Shown: positions 50,601-61,209 of the stretch, piece by piece
Position numbering within the stretch: the first letter of the stretch is position 1
Layout of the letters: every line of letters starts with the position of its first letter
Assembly (NCBI RefSeq): GCF_030684315.1
Contig: NC_081387.1
Span: 6,242,497 to 6,306,496 of the forward strand
DNA: 64,000 nucleotides
Source: Stegostoma tigrinum
Taxonomy: Eukaryota
Direction: 5' to 3'
Notes under the pieces: generated by a model
What the model was told of the DNA's origin: nothing
What the model saw: only the letters and a program-made list of their open reading frames with translations
Database searches by the model: none
Program-made: the position numbers and the translations under genes

Positions 50601-53600
50601 TCAACAAAAGCCACATGTTCACTGGCCATTTCATTGATTTAGCCATGTTCTCAAATGAAACGACAAAGGCTTCCACGGCTTCTCATTGAACTTATGCATT
50701 GCTGATCCCAACTGGGCCAATGGCTGCAGTGAGTTTGCTCATCATCACTATCCTCCTCACTAAGCTTATCTTTTACCTTCATGTTTGCCCTTGTAAGCCA
50801 ACTTTCCTCTCCATTTGACAACTTCTGAAGTTCAAACTCTCTCCTTCTGCTACGACTATTCTCTTCCTCTCTTTTGCTTCCAATACAAGCTGTTCCATTT
50901 GCTATTGAATTTTAGCCAAACCCAAAGATTCCACCTGCAATTTCAGAGATTGTAAATGCCAAGGTATTGCTGTATTTTCCTGCTCTTTTCACACAGACAA
51001 AAGGAACCCCAGCTCCAGCTGGTCTGCCAATTCTAAAAGCACACTTCCTCTAAAGCTCCTGAAGTGACTTTGTCCACCCCTCAGAAACCCATAGTGAGTG
51101 GAAAAGTCATTACTTCACACGGAAAACCCAGTTTAAACTAACCAAATGCAACACTAGCACTTGCCACTCACTGCCTTCAACCTAATGTGGAATTAAAGGT
51201 TTTGATCTGGACTAAAGCCCCCAGTTTATTATGGACCGGATCTGACCCCCTCGAAATATTTTATGAACGTTTCCTTGACCCTCACTTTGTTCTTATTTTA
51301 AATGCAAAAGTAACACGGTGTGTTCCGGGTGCGAGTCAAGTTGTTAAAGTACTCAATGTGATGCAGAACAAAATTTATTCAAACACTACAATTAAAATAC
51401 TACAGAAGAATGGAGAACTTAGAAGAACTTAACCACTGGAAAACTTAGCAGAATAATGGATATAGTAAATATTACTAAGTAAATGTTCAAATATAACATC
51501 CCACGAATACACTCCTTGGCAAAAGGGCAAATTCCAAAATTAGATTTTGTCACATGCAATGCCTGCAATAGGATGGGAAGCCCCATCTTCCAGCTGTAAC
51601 AGAGAGAGGAGAAAGAATAGCTTCTAATTCTTCAAAAGACCAGCAGCCACTCTAAAACCTAAAAGCTGAATAAAATTAGCAATCCTGGTGTGTGAGAGCT
51701 GGCCACCCAGCTTCTATAATTCCAATTTCTACAAACAAAACCCGAAGTGTGACCAGCTGTTTACATGATCATAGACTGCTTGGCATCCCACGTTCAATCT
51801 CCCTCTTAAAAGAACCAGGCAAAATACGCCGATTAAAGCCACAGTAGCATCACATAAACAACTTAGAGATCTACCCTGTTCTCCATTCCATGAAGCTCAG
51901 GGGGACAGAATTCACAGCTCCATGGGTCTGAGTGTCCTCGTAAGTAACACATGGAGTCCGATCGTGGGCCAGGGACTGTGGCAGGCTGACAGACCGGCCA
52001 AGGGTGGCCATGACTAAATTCCCTAGAATGCTACTTGTGGTCTAAACAAATAATGACCTGCAGTGAAAACAGCTATTGCTGGAGAAATTCAGCAGGCCTG
52101 GCAGCAACTGTGCAGAAAAAAATAGAGTCAATTGTTGCAGGTTCAATGACCCTTCTTTAGGATTGACCACATAGACTGGGATTATCGCTCCAGGATTGTG
52201 AGAATGTGAAGACTGAAATTCTGACCCAGATTCAACAGGCATTTTGCTTATTTATGAGACATGAAGCATTCACTAGAGAAAGGGGCAGTGACCTGAGCCT
52301 GGAATATCAGACAATTCAGTTCCTGGGGATTAGCACCATGTGTAACCACTCTCTCAATCCTGTTTGATTGGACCATTTCTCAGTTTGTGAATATTGATTC
52401 ATTATTGATTATTAACCCCGATTTCGTTACTGACAGGAATTCACACTTTTCAACGGATAACTACTGTTGATGTCAGTGATGATGGAAGCATTAAGAGATC
52501 GATGAGATTTGGATTTGATGGAAAGGATTTTATTAGTTTACAACCAGACAGAATGAAATGGATTGCATCCAATCACATTGCAGTGATGACGAAAGAGAAA
52601 TGGGATTCAGATAAATCCTGGAACAACTACTGGGAAGTACATCTGGAAGAGGTACTTGTGCAGAATTTAAACAGATATCTAGAAGCAGCAAAGGGATTTT
52701 TCAAAAGGAAAGGTATGTGTTTCAGTTTTTGATCTCAAGTTCTGATCTAACCTCACTGATCTATGAAACCGATCAACCATTCCATTCCATGTCTGTCTAT
52801 TGTTTCTGTTCTCACCCTTTCCCATCACAGTTCAGCCTGTAGTGTTCATCTCCAGAAATGAGCCCAATCATCAGGACAAGCCGCTCACTCTCTCCTGCCT
52901 GGTCACTGGATTTTATCCTGTAGACATCGAGGTGACCTGGCTAAGGAATGGAGAGGTTGTGTCTGAGACACAATCCTCAGGGATTCGACTGAACCATGAT
53001 GGGACCCATCAGATCCAGAAAGAGATTGGAATCAGTGCTGGGGATGAGGATCAATATTCCTGCCAAATTGAACACAGCAGCATGACAGACACCAGGCTCT
53101 ATCAGTGGGGTAAGGTACTGGACTGTGTGTGTGTCAGTGTCTGTCTGTGTGTGAGTGCATACACATGAATTTGCCTTTTGGCCCCTCAGGCCTGTTTCTC
53201 CCCATTCAGCAAGGTCCTGTCTGATCCTGATCTGTCCCTCACTACCCTTTACCCATTCCTCCTCTATGTCTCTTGCTGCCCTTCCCAAATGAAACCCTCC
53301 TGATCTCGAGCTGGAAACATTCATTTGATCCTCAGTGCTCACAACATTTTGGTGAGATTTCCAGTACAATTTTGTGAGGAAAAGTTGCTTCATTTCACTT
53401 CTAAGTGACCTCACTCTAATTTGAAGATAGTTCCATGTTGTCCTGGATTTCTGTGCCATATAATACCTGCAGTGATTGCAACAGGGTTTCAACAGCTGGA
53501 ACACATAGAATATAAGTTCCTTGATTGGGCTTGTTAACCTGAACCAATCAGGTAGCCCTGACTAACATATAAAATGGGCGAGTGTCAACAATATTGAGAC

Positions 53601-56600
53601 TCTTGAAAGATGCCCTACTTAAGTCTACAAAAGTGAAGGAATTATCAAACTAATCCGTTCTGCGGAATGGGCAGCAGTCATTGGAACGATTTTAAAGCCT
53701 ATTGGGTTGGCTCACTTGTGTGGGGATTTTAAACAAGGTGCAAACCACTTTTGACAGATGGATTTGTGTGCAAACCTGGTGGGGATTGTGGGGCAACTGC
53801 CCTTCATGACCCTGGCCATGAACCACACTTACTTGCCAGTGTTGAGACCAGCTTCCCAGAAGCATGCTGCAATGAATACCCATCGGGGATTGTACCAATA
53901 TAAAAGACTGTCATTTGGGATATCGTCAGCCAATTCAATTTTTCAGTGGGCAATCAAACATTTTATAAGGTCTACCCCTGGTCACCACTTACTCAGATGC
54001 CAATTACCCAATAACAGGGAAAACTAAAAGGAGAACTGAAAGAAATTTGATAAAGTTCTAAGGTGTTTTTCCAAGGCAGGCATATGCCTAAGAAGGGAAA
54101 AATGTGTATCCCAGTTCCCCCTAGTGATCTCCGTGGGCTGCAAAGTCAACAAGACCGGGTTACACCCGTTGGAAGATACAGCGAGCAAGATCAAAGGTGC
54201 CCTCGCACCTACCTTAGGTCATGTCTTGGGCTGGCAAATTATTTTTGGAAGTTCATACATAACCTGTTCTCCAACCTGACACCATTACATCAACTCCTTT
54301 TGCAAAAAAAGCTTAAGCCTTGGAAATAGTTGCAAAAATAAACTGGAGCTTTCTATGAGGTGAAGAGACAACTATCATCCTCCAAGGATTGGCACACTAT
54401 GATGCCAAGAAAGATCTGACATTCATTGACATGCAATGCCTATTCACATGGCATTAGAGTCATATTAGCTCAAGGTGGCCCAATAGAGAGCAGTGCCCAA
54501 GGGCGCATACACCCAGGACTTTGGCTAACAGACTGTACATAAATCCAGACAGAGAAAAAAGGATTGACAGTCATATTTGGAGTCTGGAAGTCCACCAGTA
54601 CCTTTATGTGTGAAAATTTGTGACAATCGTGAAACACAAATTCCTACTTGGTGTGCTTAAAGAGGACAAGGCAGTGCCACCTATAGTTTTGGGCTGCATT
54701 CAGTGATGTATTCTAACAGTAAGTGCTTATAATTATAAGTTAGAACACATTCCGGGTGTGAGTAGCAAATATGGATGCATTGAGCTGCCTAACATTAGCA
54801 AATACACCACCAGTCTTATGCCCAATGGACGAGCCTGTAATGGTATTTATTTTTGGACATGTTCCCAACCAGAGCTGACAATGTCAGACTTTGGACACAG
54901 AAAGATCTAGTTCTTTCAAAACGGAAGCAACTGGCATTGATAGGGGAAAGCAAAGGGTCTTTGAAATCCTTTGAATTGCACCTGGAGAGACCAGCAGAGG
55001 ATGGCATGTTGTTATGGGGGGGGCAAGCCCTGAGCAAATGAAGCCACCAAATACTGGCTGAAATCCACCAGGAGTTTCCAAAATGAGGATGTTTTGTTGT
55101 GAATTTATGTCTGGTGGCCAGGCCTGGTTGCAGACAGAGCCATGTTGGTGGGGCAGTGCCCAGTGTGCCAACAAGGACAAAAATTACCACCAACAGTGCT
55201 CCCACATTCAAGGGAATGTTCGGGTAAACCTTGGACTTTGTTACATACTGACTATGCAGGTGCTTTCATGGTCACAAAGTTCTTAGTCATTGTAGATAGT
55301 AGCTGCACCTTTGATCTTGCTCACTGTACCTCCCTCATGGTCCGATCTGACCGAGTCTCATTTGCCAGCATTTGGGCATTTCCCTCTGAAGCCTTTCTAT
55401 CTACATACCCATCTGGATGCCTCTATTGGTGATTTTGGTATCATCTGCAAACTTACTAACTGTGCCTCATATATTCGCATCCAAATCATTTACGTGGAAC
55501 ACACAGCATAGGAATGGGGCCTTCCGACCACGATGTTGTGCCGAACATGTTGCCAAATGAAACTAATCCTGTCCTTGGCCCATATCACTCCTTGTGCTTT
55601 TCTAAATTTCCCTTAAATGCCCTTATTGTATATTCCTCAACCACAACCCTGGCAGTGTGTTCAAGACTCCTACAAGTCTCTGTATAAAAAACTTGTCCCT
55701 CACATCTTCTTTGAACATTTCCCCCGCTCACCTCAAATGTACACCCCCTAGTCTTAGACATTTCAACACTGGGAACAAGATTCTGACCATCTACCCTGTC
55801 TAAACATCTGGTAATGTTATAGAGTTTAATTATGTCTGCCCTCAGCCTCCGCTGCTCAAGAGAAAACAGGCCATGTTTTTCAAGCCTCTCTTTATACCTC
55901 ATTCGCCCCAATCCAGGCAACATCCTTTCAATAATGTGGTGACCAGAATTGCACACAATACTCTAAGTGTGGCCTAACCAAAGTCATATAAATCTGCAAC
56001 ATGAAATCCTGCCTCTTACACTCAAGTCCTCGACCAATAAAGGCAAACATATCACATGCCTTCTTTCCCGCCCTATCTACTTGTGTGGCCGCTTTCAGGG
56101 AGGTATGGAATTAAACCCCAGACCCTTGTGTACATCAATGCTGTTCAGTGTCCTGCCGTTAACTGTATCCTTTTCCTTAACATTTGATCTCCCAAAGTGC
56201 AGCACCTCACACTTACCCAGATTAAACTCCATCTTCCAATTTTCTGCCCATATCTATAATTGATCTAGATAAATGATGTAAGACAGTGGAGTGAGCACCA
56301 ATCCTTGCGGGACATCACTGGTCACAGGCCTCCAGTCTGAAAGGCAACCCTCGACCACCATCTTCTGTATCCCACCTTCAAGCCAATTTTAATATTCAAT
56401 CGGCTAGCTCCCCTTGGATCCCACATGATCGAACTTTATTAACTAGTCCGCCATGCAGAACTTTCTCGAACACTTTGCTGAAGTCCATTTGGACAATATC
56501 TACCACTCTGCCTCCTCCAGTCTTTTTTGTGACATCTTCAGAAAAACTCAATCAAGTTAGTGAGACACGATTCCCCACACACAAAGCCATGTTGACTATT

Positions 56601-59600
56601 TCTGATCAGCCCTTGCTTTCTAAATGCATGGAAACCCTGTCCCAGAATCCCCTCCAACAACAAACTCACTGCTGATGTAAGTCTCATCATTCTCTTGTTC
56701 CCCGGCTTTTCATTACAGCCTTTCTGAAATAATGGCACCACATTAGCCAAAAACCAGTCTTCTGGCACCTCACCCATAGTTGTTGATGATTGAAAAATCT
56801 AAGCGAGGCACCGAGTAATCGAGCTCCCCACAAAGTGCTGGGTAACACCTGATCAGATCCTGAGAATTTATCTTCCTTTATGCCTTTTAAAACCTCCATC
56901 ACTTCCTTTTCTATAATACAGACAGCTTCCAAGTCATCACTATTTGTTTGCCCAAGTTCCCTAGTTCCCATGTCCTTCACAGTAAGTACTGACACAAAGC
57001 ATTTGATTCGAGCTGGCCACAGTTCAATGGTACAATACCCTATCAGGGATGGCAGTGGAACAACAATGGCAGGTCTTTCTGGATATAATGCAAAAGGTGC
57101 AGGATCAGTTCATACCAAAGAGGAAGAAAGATCCTAAGGGGAGGCAGGGGCGGCCGTGGCTGACGAGGGAAGTTAAGGACTGTATAAAAATAAAAGAGAA
57201 GAAGTATAACATAGCAAAGATGAGCGGGATGCTGGAGGACTGGGAAGCTTTTAAAGAGCAACAGCGGATAACTAAAAAGGCAATACACAGAGAAAACATG
57301 AGTTATGAAGGAAAACTGGCCAAAAATATAAAGGAGGATAGTAAAAGCATTTTTAGGTATGTGAAAAGAAAAAAAATGGTTAAGGCTAAAATTGGGCCCT
57401 TGGAGTCAGAAACGAGTGAATTTATTATGGGGAACAAGGAAATGGCAGAAGAGTCGAATAGGTACTTTGGATCTGTCTTCACTAGGGAAGACACAAGCAA
57501 TCACCCAGATGCAGTAGTGGCTGAAGGACCGAGGGTAATGAACGAACTGAAGGGTATTTATATTCGGCAGGAAATGGTGTTGGAGAGATTGTTAGGTCTG
57601 AAGGCTGATAAGTCCCCGGGACCTGATGGTCTGCATCCCAGGGTACTTAAGGAGGTGGCTGTAGAAATTGTGGACGCGTTGGTAATTATTTTCCAAGGTT
57701 CTATAGATTCAGGATCAGTTCCTGCGGATTGGAGGGTGGCAAATGTTGTCCCACTTTTCAAGAAAGGAGGGAGAGAGAAAACAGGGAATTATAGACAGGT
57801 TAGCCTGACGTCAGTGGTGGGAAAGATGCTGGAGTCAATTATAAAAGATAAAATTATGACTCATTTGGATAGCAGTAACAGGATAGGTCAGAGTCAGCAT
57901 GGATTTATGAAGGGCAAATCGTGCTTGACTAATCTTCTGGAATTTTTTGAGGATGTTTCTATGAAGATGGATAAGGGAGAGCCAGTGGATGTAGTATACC
58001 TGGACTTTCAGAAAGCCTTTGATAAGGTCCCACATAGGAGATTGGTGAACAAAATTAGGGCACATGGTATTGGGGGCAAAATACTGAGTTGGATTGAAAA
58101 TTGGCTGGCTGACAGGAAGCAAAGAGTAGTGATAAACGGGTCCCTTTCGGAATGGCAGGCAGTGACCAGTGGGGTACCACAAGGTTCGGTGCTGGGACCG
58201 CAGCTGTTTACGATATATATTAATGATATAGACGAAGGCAATAGAAGTAATATTAGCTAATTTGCTGATGACACAAAGTTGGGTGGCAGTGTGAAATGTG
58301 AGGAGGATGTTATTAGAATACAGGCTGACTTGGACAGGCTAGGTGAGTGGACGGATGCATGGCAGATGCAACTTGATGTGGATAAATGTGTGGTTATACA
58401 CTTTGGTGGCAAGAACACGAAGGCAGATTACTATCTCTATGGAGTCAAGTTAGGTAAAGGGGAAGCACAACGAGATCTAGGTGTTCTTGTACATCAGTCA
58501 ATGAAAGCAAGCATGCAGGCACAGCAGGCAGTGAAGGAAGCTAATAGCATGCTGGCCTTCATCACAAGAAGAATTGAGTATAGGAGCAAAGAGGCCCTTC
58601 TGCAGCTGTACAGGGCCCTGGTGAGACCGCACCTGGAGAATCGTGTGCAGTTTTGGTCTCCCAATTTGATGAGGGACATTCTTGCTATTGAGGGAGTGCA
58701 GCGTAGATTCACAAGGTCAATGCCCGGAATGGCGGGACTATCATATGTTGAAAGATTGGAGCGACTGGGCTTGTATACTCTTGAGGTTAGAAGGATGAGA
58801 GGGGATCTGATTGAGACGTATAAGATTATTAAGGGATTGGACACTGTGGAGGCAGGAAGCATGTTTCCACTGATGGGTGAGTCCAGGACCAGAGGACACT
58901 GTTTAAAAATAAGGGGTAGGCCATTTAGAACAGAGTTGAGGAGAAACTTCTTCACCCAGTGAGTGATGGATATATGGAATGCTCTGCCCCAGAAGACAGT
59001 GGAGGCCAACTCTCTGGATGCTTTCAAGAAAGAGATAGAGCTCTTAAAGATAGTGGAATCAAGGGTTATGGGAATAAGGCAGGAACAGGATACTGATTGT
59101 GGATGATCAGCCATGATCATAATGAATGGTGGTGCTGGCTCAAAGGGCCAAATGGCCTACTCCAGCACCTATTGCCTATTGTCTATTGTCTATTGTCATA
59201 ATTCACCAATCTTCGGTGGTCCACACATCAATGGCCACTTTGATCATTAAGGTGCCTTATTCTCTCTCTAATTACTCTCTTGCCCTTAATCTACTGACAG
59301 AATCTGTTTGGATTATCCATAACCCGACTTGCCAAAGCTATCTCATGTTGCCTTTTTGCCCTCCTGATTTCCCTCTGAAGTACACTCCTGATGTCCTTAT
59401 TGTCTTCTTAGGATTCACTGAATCCTTGTTGTCGATACCTGACACACGCCTCTTCTTTTTTCTTGAGCAGAACCTTAACTTCTCGAGTCATCCAGCATTC
59501 CCTACACCTACCAGCCTTGCCCTCTGCACTAACAGGAACATATTGCCTCTGAACTCTCATTATCATATTCTTAAAGGAACGTTCCCCCACCCCCGCCAAT

Positions 59601-60731
59601 TTCCCAGCTATCCCTTCGCCTGTGAATAACCTAACCTATCAACTTTTGAAAGTTCCCATCTAATACTGTCAAAAAGAGCCTGGTGCTTTAGAGACTGCCC
59701 GTATTGGATGTCAAACAAGTTGGAACTCAACCCCTTGCTAAAATGCCCCAGGAAGCTCTCCAAGCCAAATGACTGGCCAAAATCCTTGGGCTCAGGGTTG
59801 GAGGGAAGCAACGATTGTAATGAGACCTCAGAGAATATGAGTTCCATGATTGAACAAGATTAACAGCCCCAATCAGGGAGCCCTGGCTGACAAATAAAAA
59901 GGTCAGCCTCAGAGATGCTGAAATTCTGCTTTCTGTCTCTGAATGAGCCAACACTAACATCAAGGACTATTCAATAAAGGGTGACTTGGTGATGGATACC
60001 AGCCTCTGTTGGAGTTTCTGCAATGGGATTTGGAGAGTAAAATTGGGTGAGGGACAACCCATTTTTTGAACCAATCCTATCAAATCCCAATGGGTGAGTA
60101 CAGTTAAAATTATTCCCAATCAACACAGAACTGGGAATGGATCCAGGAAGAGCGATAATCCTGATATTCTTGCAATTCATTTCAGAAATCCCAGAAAACA
60201 GCACGGAACATTTCCATCTTGTAATTGTTATTGGAATAGTCATTCTAATAGCTTTAATATTTGAAACAGTCATCTGGAAAAGGCCATGGAAAGGTAAGAA
60301 AACCAGAGAGGGAAATTTAGAAATGAGGGTTCACAATCAGTGTGGGAAAATGTCCAGGACTGGAAGTACAGTGCACTGTGTTGAACGGGAACTGATTGAA
60401 ACTCTACACATAAATGCACAAGTATAAACAGGTCTTGCTGACCTGATCTTCCTTTGTGTGATTGGCCCAGGTGAGTTTGAATATTGATCATTAACCAACC
60501 TCGCATACTTACATTCTTTCTGACTGAACATCAATAGAATAGAACAGATCTCCAAAACGTCCATAAAGTGGAAGGATGGAGAGGAGTGTGAGAAAGAGGA
60601 TTTTTTACACAATCTCCATTCCCTTGCATTTGTTGTGTTCTCACTCTCTGAGAATGGATTATTCCCCATTCTAATGGGCATATATTTTGTTTCTGCAGAT
60701 TCACCAAGTGGGACCTATATGCCAGCTCACA
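40918..60731 (+). CDS. MHC class I heavy chain-like gene B (nonclassical-like), multi-exon; terminal exon not identified
   Basis: Exons 40918-40969, 42235-42495, 52437-52712, 52831-53109, 60186-60293, 60699-60731 splice in frame (all phase 1, GT-AG) to leader-alpha1-alpha2-alpha3-TM-cytoplasmic. Confidence 0.92.
42235..42495 (+). CDS. MHC-I gene B alpha1 exon
   Basis: 261 nt; acceptor tgtttgctttacag, donor G|gtaagg; [21 protein letters not shown]...DS...PRQQFM...FWD...KRTSQTS, colinear with gene A alpha1. Confidence 0.9.
42503..48940 (-). mobile_element. Penelope-like element cluster (RT + GIY-YIG) with internal tandem triplication
   Basis: ORF 46406..48181: [42 protein letters not shown]; four terminal-repeat copies starting near 42503, 43732, 45026, 46320; the last three contain CTGATGAAGGGTCTAGGCCCGAAACGTC on the - strand. 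Confidence 0.92.
43178..47060. repeat. Three tandem 1294-bp copies
   Basis: Identical ORFs recur at exact 1294-bp offsets (43270/44564/45858; 43642/44936/46230; 43985/45279/46573). Confidence 0.95.
48960..51855 (-). mobile_element. Degenerate Gypsy (Gmr1-like) LTR element: LTR ~51228-51855, gag, protease, pre-integrase region
   Basis: PBS-like AACTGGGGGC at ~51215-51225 on the - strand; MADDY, decayed knuckle [15 protein letters not shown] protease-like, [14 protein letters not shown]. Confidence 0.6.
52437..52712 (+). CDS. MHC-I gene B alpha2 exon
   Basis: 276 nt; acceptor ttactgacag, donor G|gtatgt; GIHTFQR...[11 protein letters not shown]...W...TKEKWDSD...LEE...LNRYLE. Confidence 0.93.
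52831..53109 (+). CDS. MHC-I gene B alpha3 (Ig C1-set) exon
   Basis: 279 nt; acceptor ctttcccatcacag, donor G|gtaagg; [21 protein letters not shown]...NHDGTHQI...YSCQIEHSS...W. Confidence 0.95.
55305..57005 (-). mobile_element. Degenerate CR1 LINE (continues at ~59200-59690 beyond the nested young CR1)
   Basis: [47 protein letters not shown]. Confidence 0.8.
57006..59195 (+). mobile_element. CR1 LINE, 5'-truncated, young; ORF2 broken by premature stops
   Basis: [49 protein letters not shown], then stop, FADDTK, then [24 protein letters not shown]; ends in (tattgtc)n. Confidence 0.95.
60186..60293 (+). CDS. MHC-I gene B connecting peptide/transmembrane exon
   Basis: 108 nt; acceptor attcatttcag, donor G|gtaaga; [36 protein letters not shown] (hydrophobic run plus basic stop-transfer). 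Confidence 0.88.
60699..60731 (+). CDS. MHC-I gene B cytoplasmic exon
   Basis: 33 nt; acceptor ttttgtttctgcag, donor A|gtaagt; [11 protein letters not shown] contains the YxxA motif typical of the class I cytoplasmic exon. Confidence 0.82.
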
Positions 60732-61209
60732 GTAAGTGACTGAGGGGACGGAGTGTTGGGAAAGATGCTGAAAGGGTTGGAAGGAGTAGAATTACATTCT
60801 CCTGGATGGAACATGTATCATTTTACGCACAATGCAATTCTTCACGACTCACTTATCCTTCTCTTCCCCAGCTCCACAGCCCCAAGACCTCTCCTTGCAA
60901 TCCTCATTGCCCCTCCCCATTTCCATAACCCCACTCCCTATCCCTCCCGCACCCCTCCCCATCCCCCTCCCATTCTACACCCTTGATTCCCTTTCATTTG
61001 TGCTGTGTCAGGGTGGTTAGTTAATGTTGAGGGGAATTGAATTCTGTGTCCAGTGAGTTAGAGAGAATAGTTCAGAGTGCGTTTTTATATATTTTATTCA
61101 ACTTCTCACACTCATCTTATTATCTCAGCTTTGGATGTCTCTATTCCAGCATCATAATGAAGTCAGTGATATTTCAAATTCTCACTGTAATTTGGAACAT
61201 CTTTCTTCC

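Larger units (their letters stand above)
53470..60022 (+). mobile_element. Gypsy LTR retrotransposon remnant with nested CR1s (LTR-like ~53470-53600 and ~59816-60022)
   Basis: [19 protein letters not shown] (RT), [21 protein letters not shown]...[11 protein letters not shown] (integrase); both ends resemble the LTR at 40166. Confidence 0.75.

Noticed and set aside
40918-60731. Assigning a lineage symbol (UAA/UBA/UCA/UDA/UEA, MR1, CD1) to either gene
   Set aside because: This cannot be done reliably without alignment to reference sequences.
61012-61040. Candidate terminal exon of gene B after tgctgtgtcag (RWLVNVEGN*)
   Set aside because: The peptide does not resemble Ser-rich class I tail ends and there is no supporting evidence.
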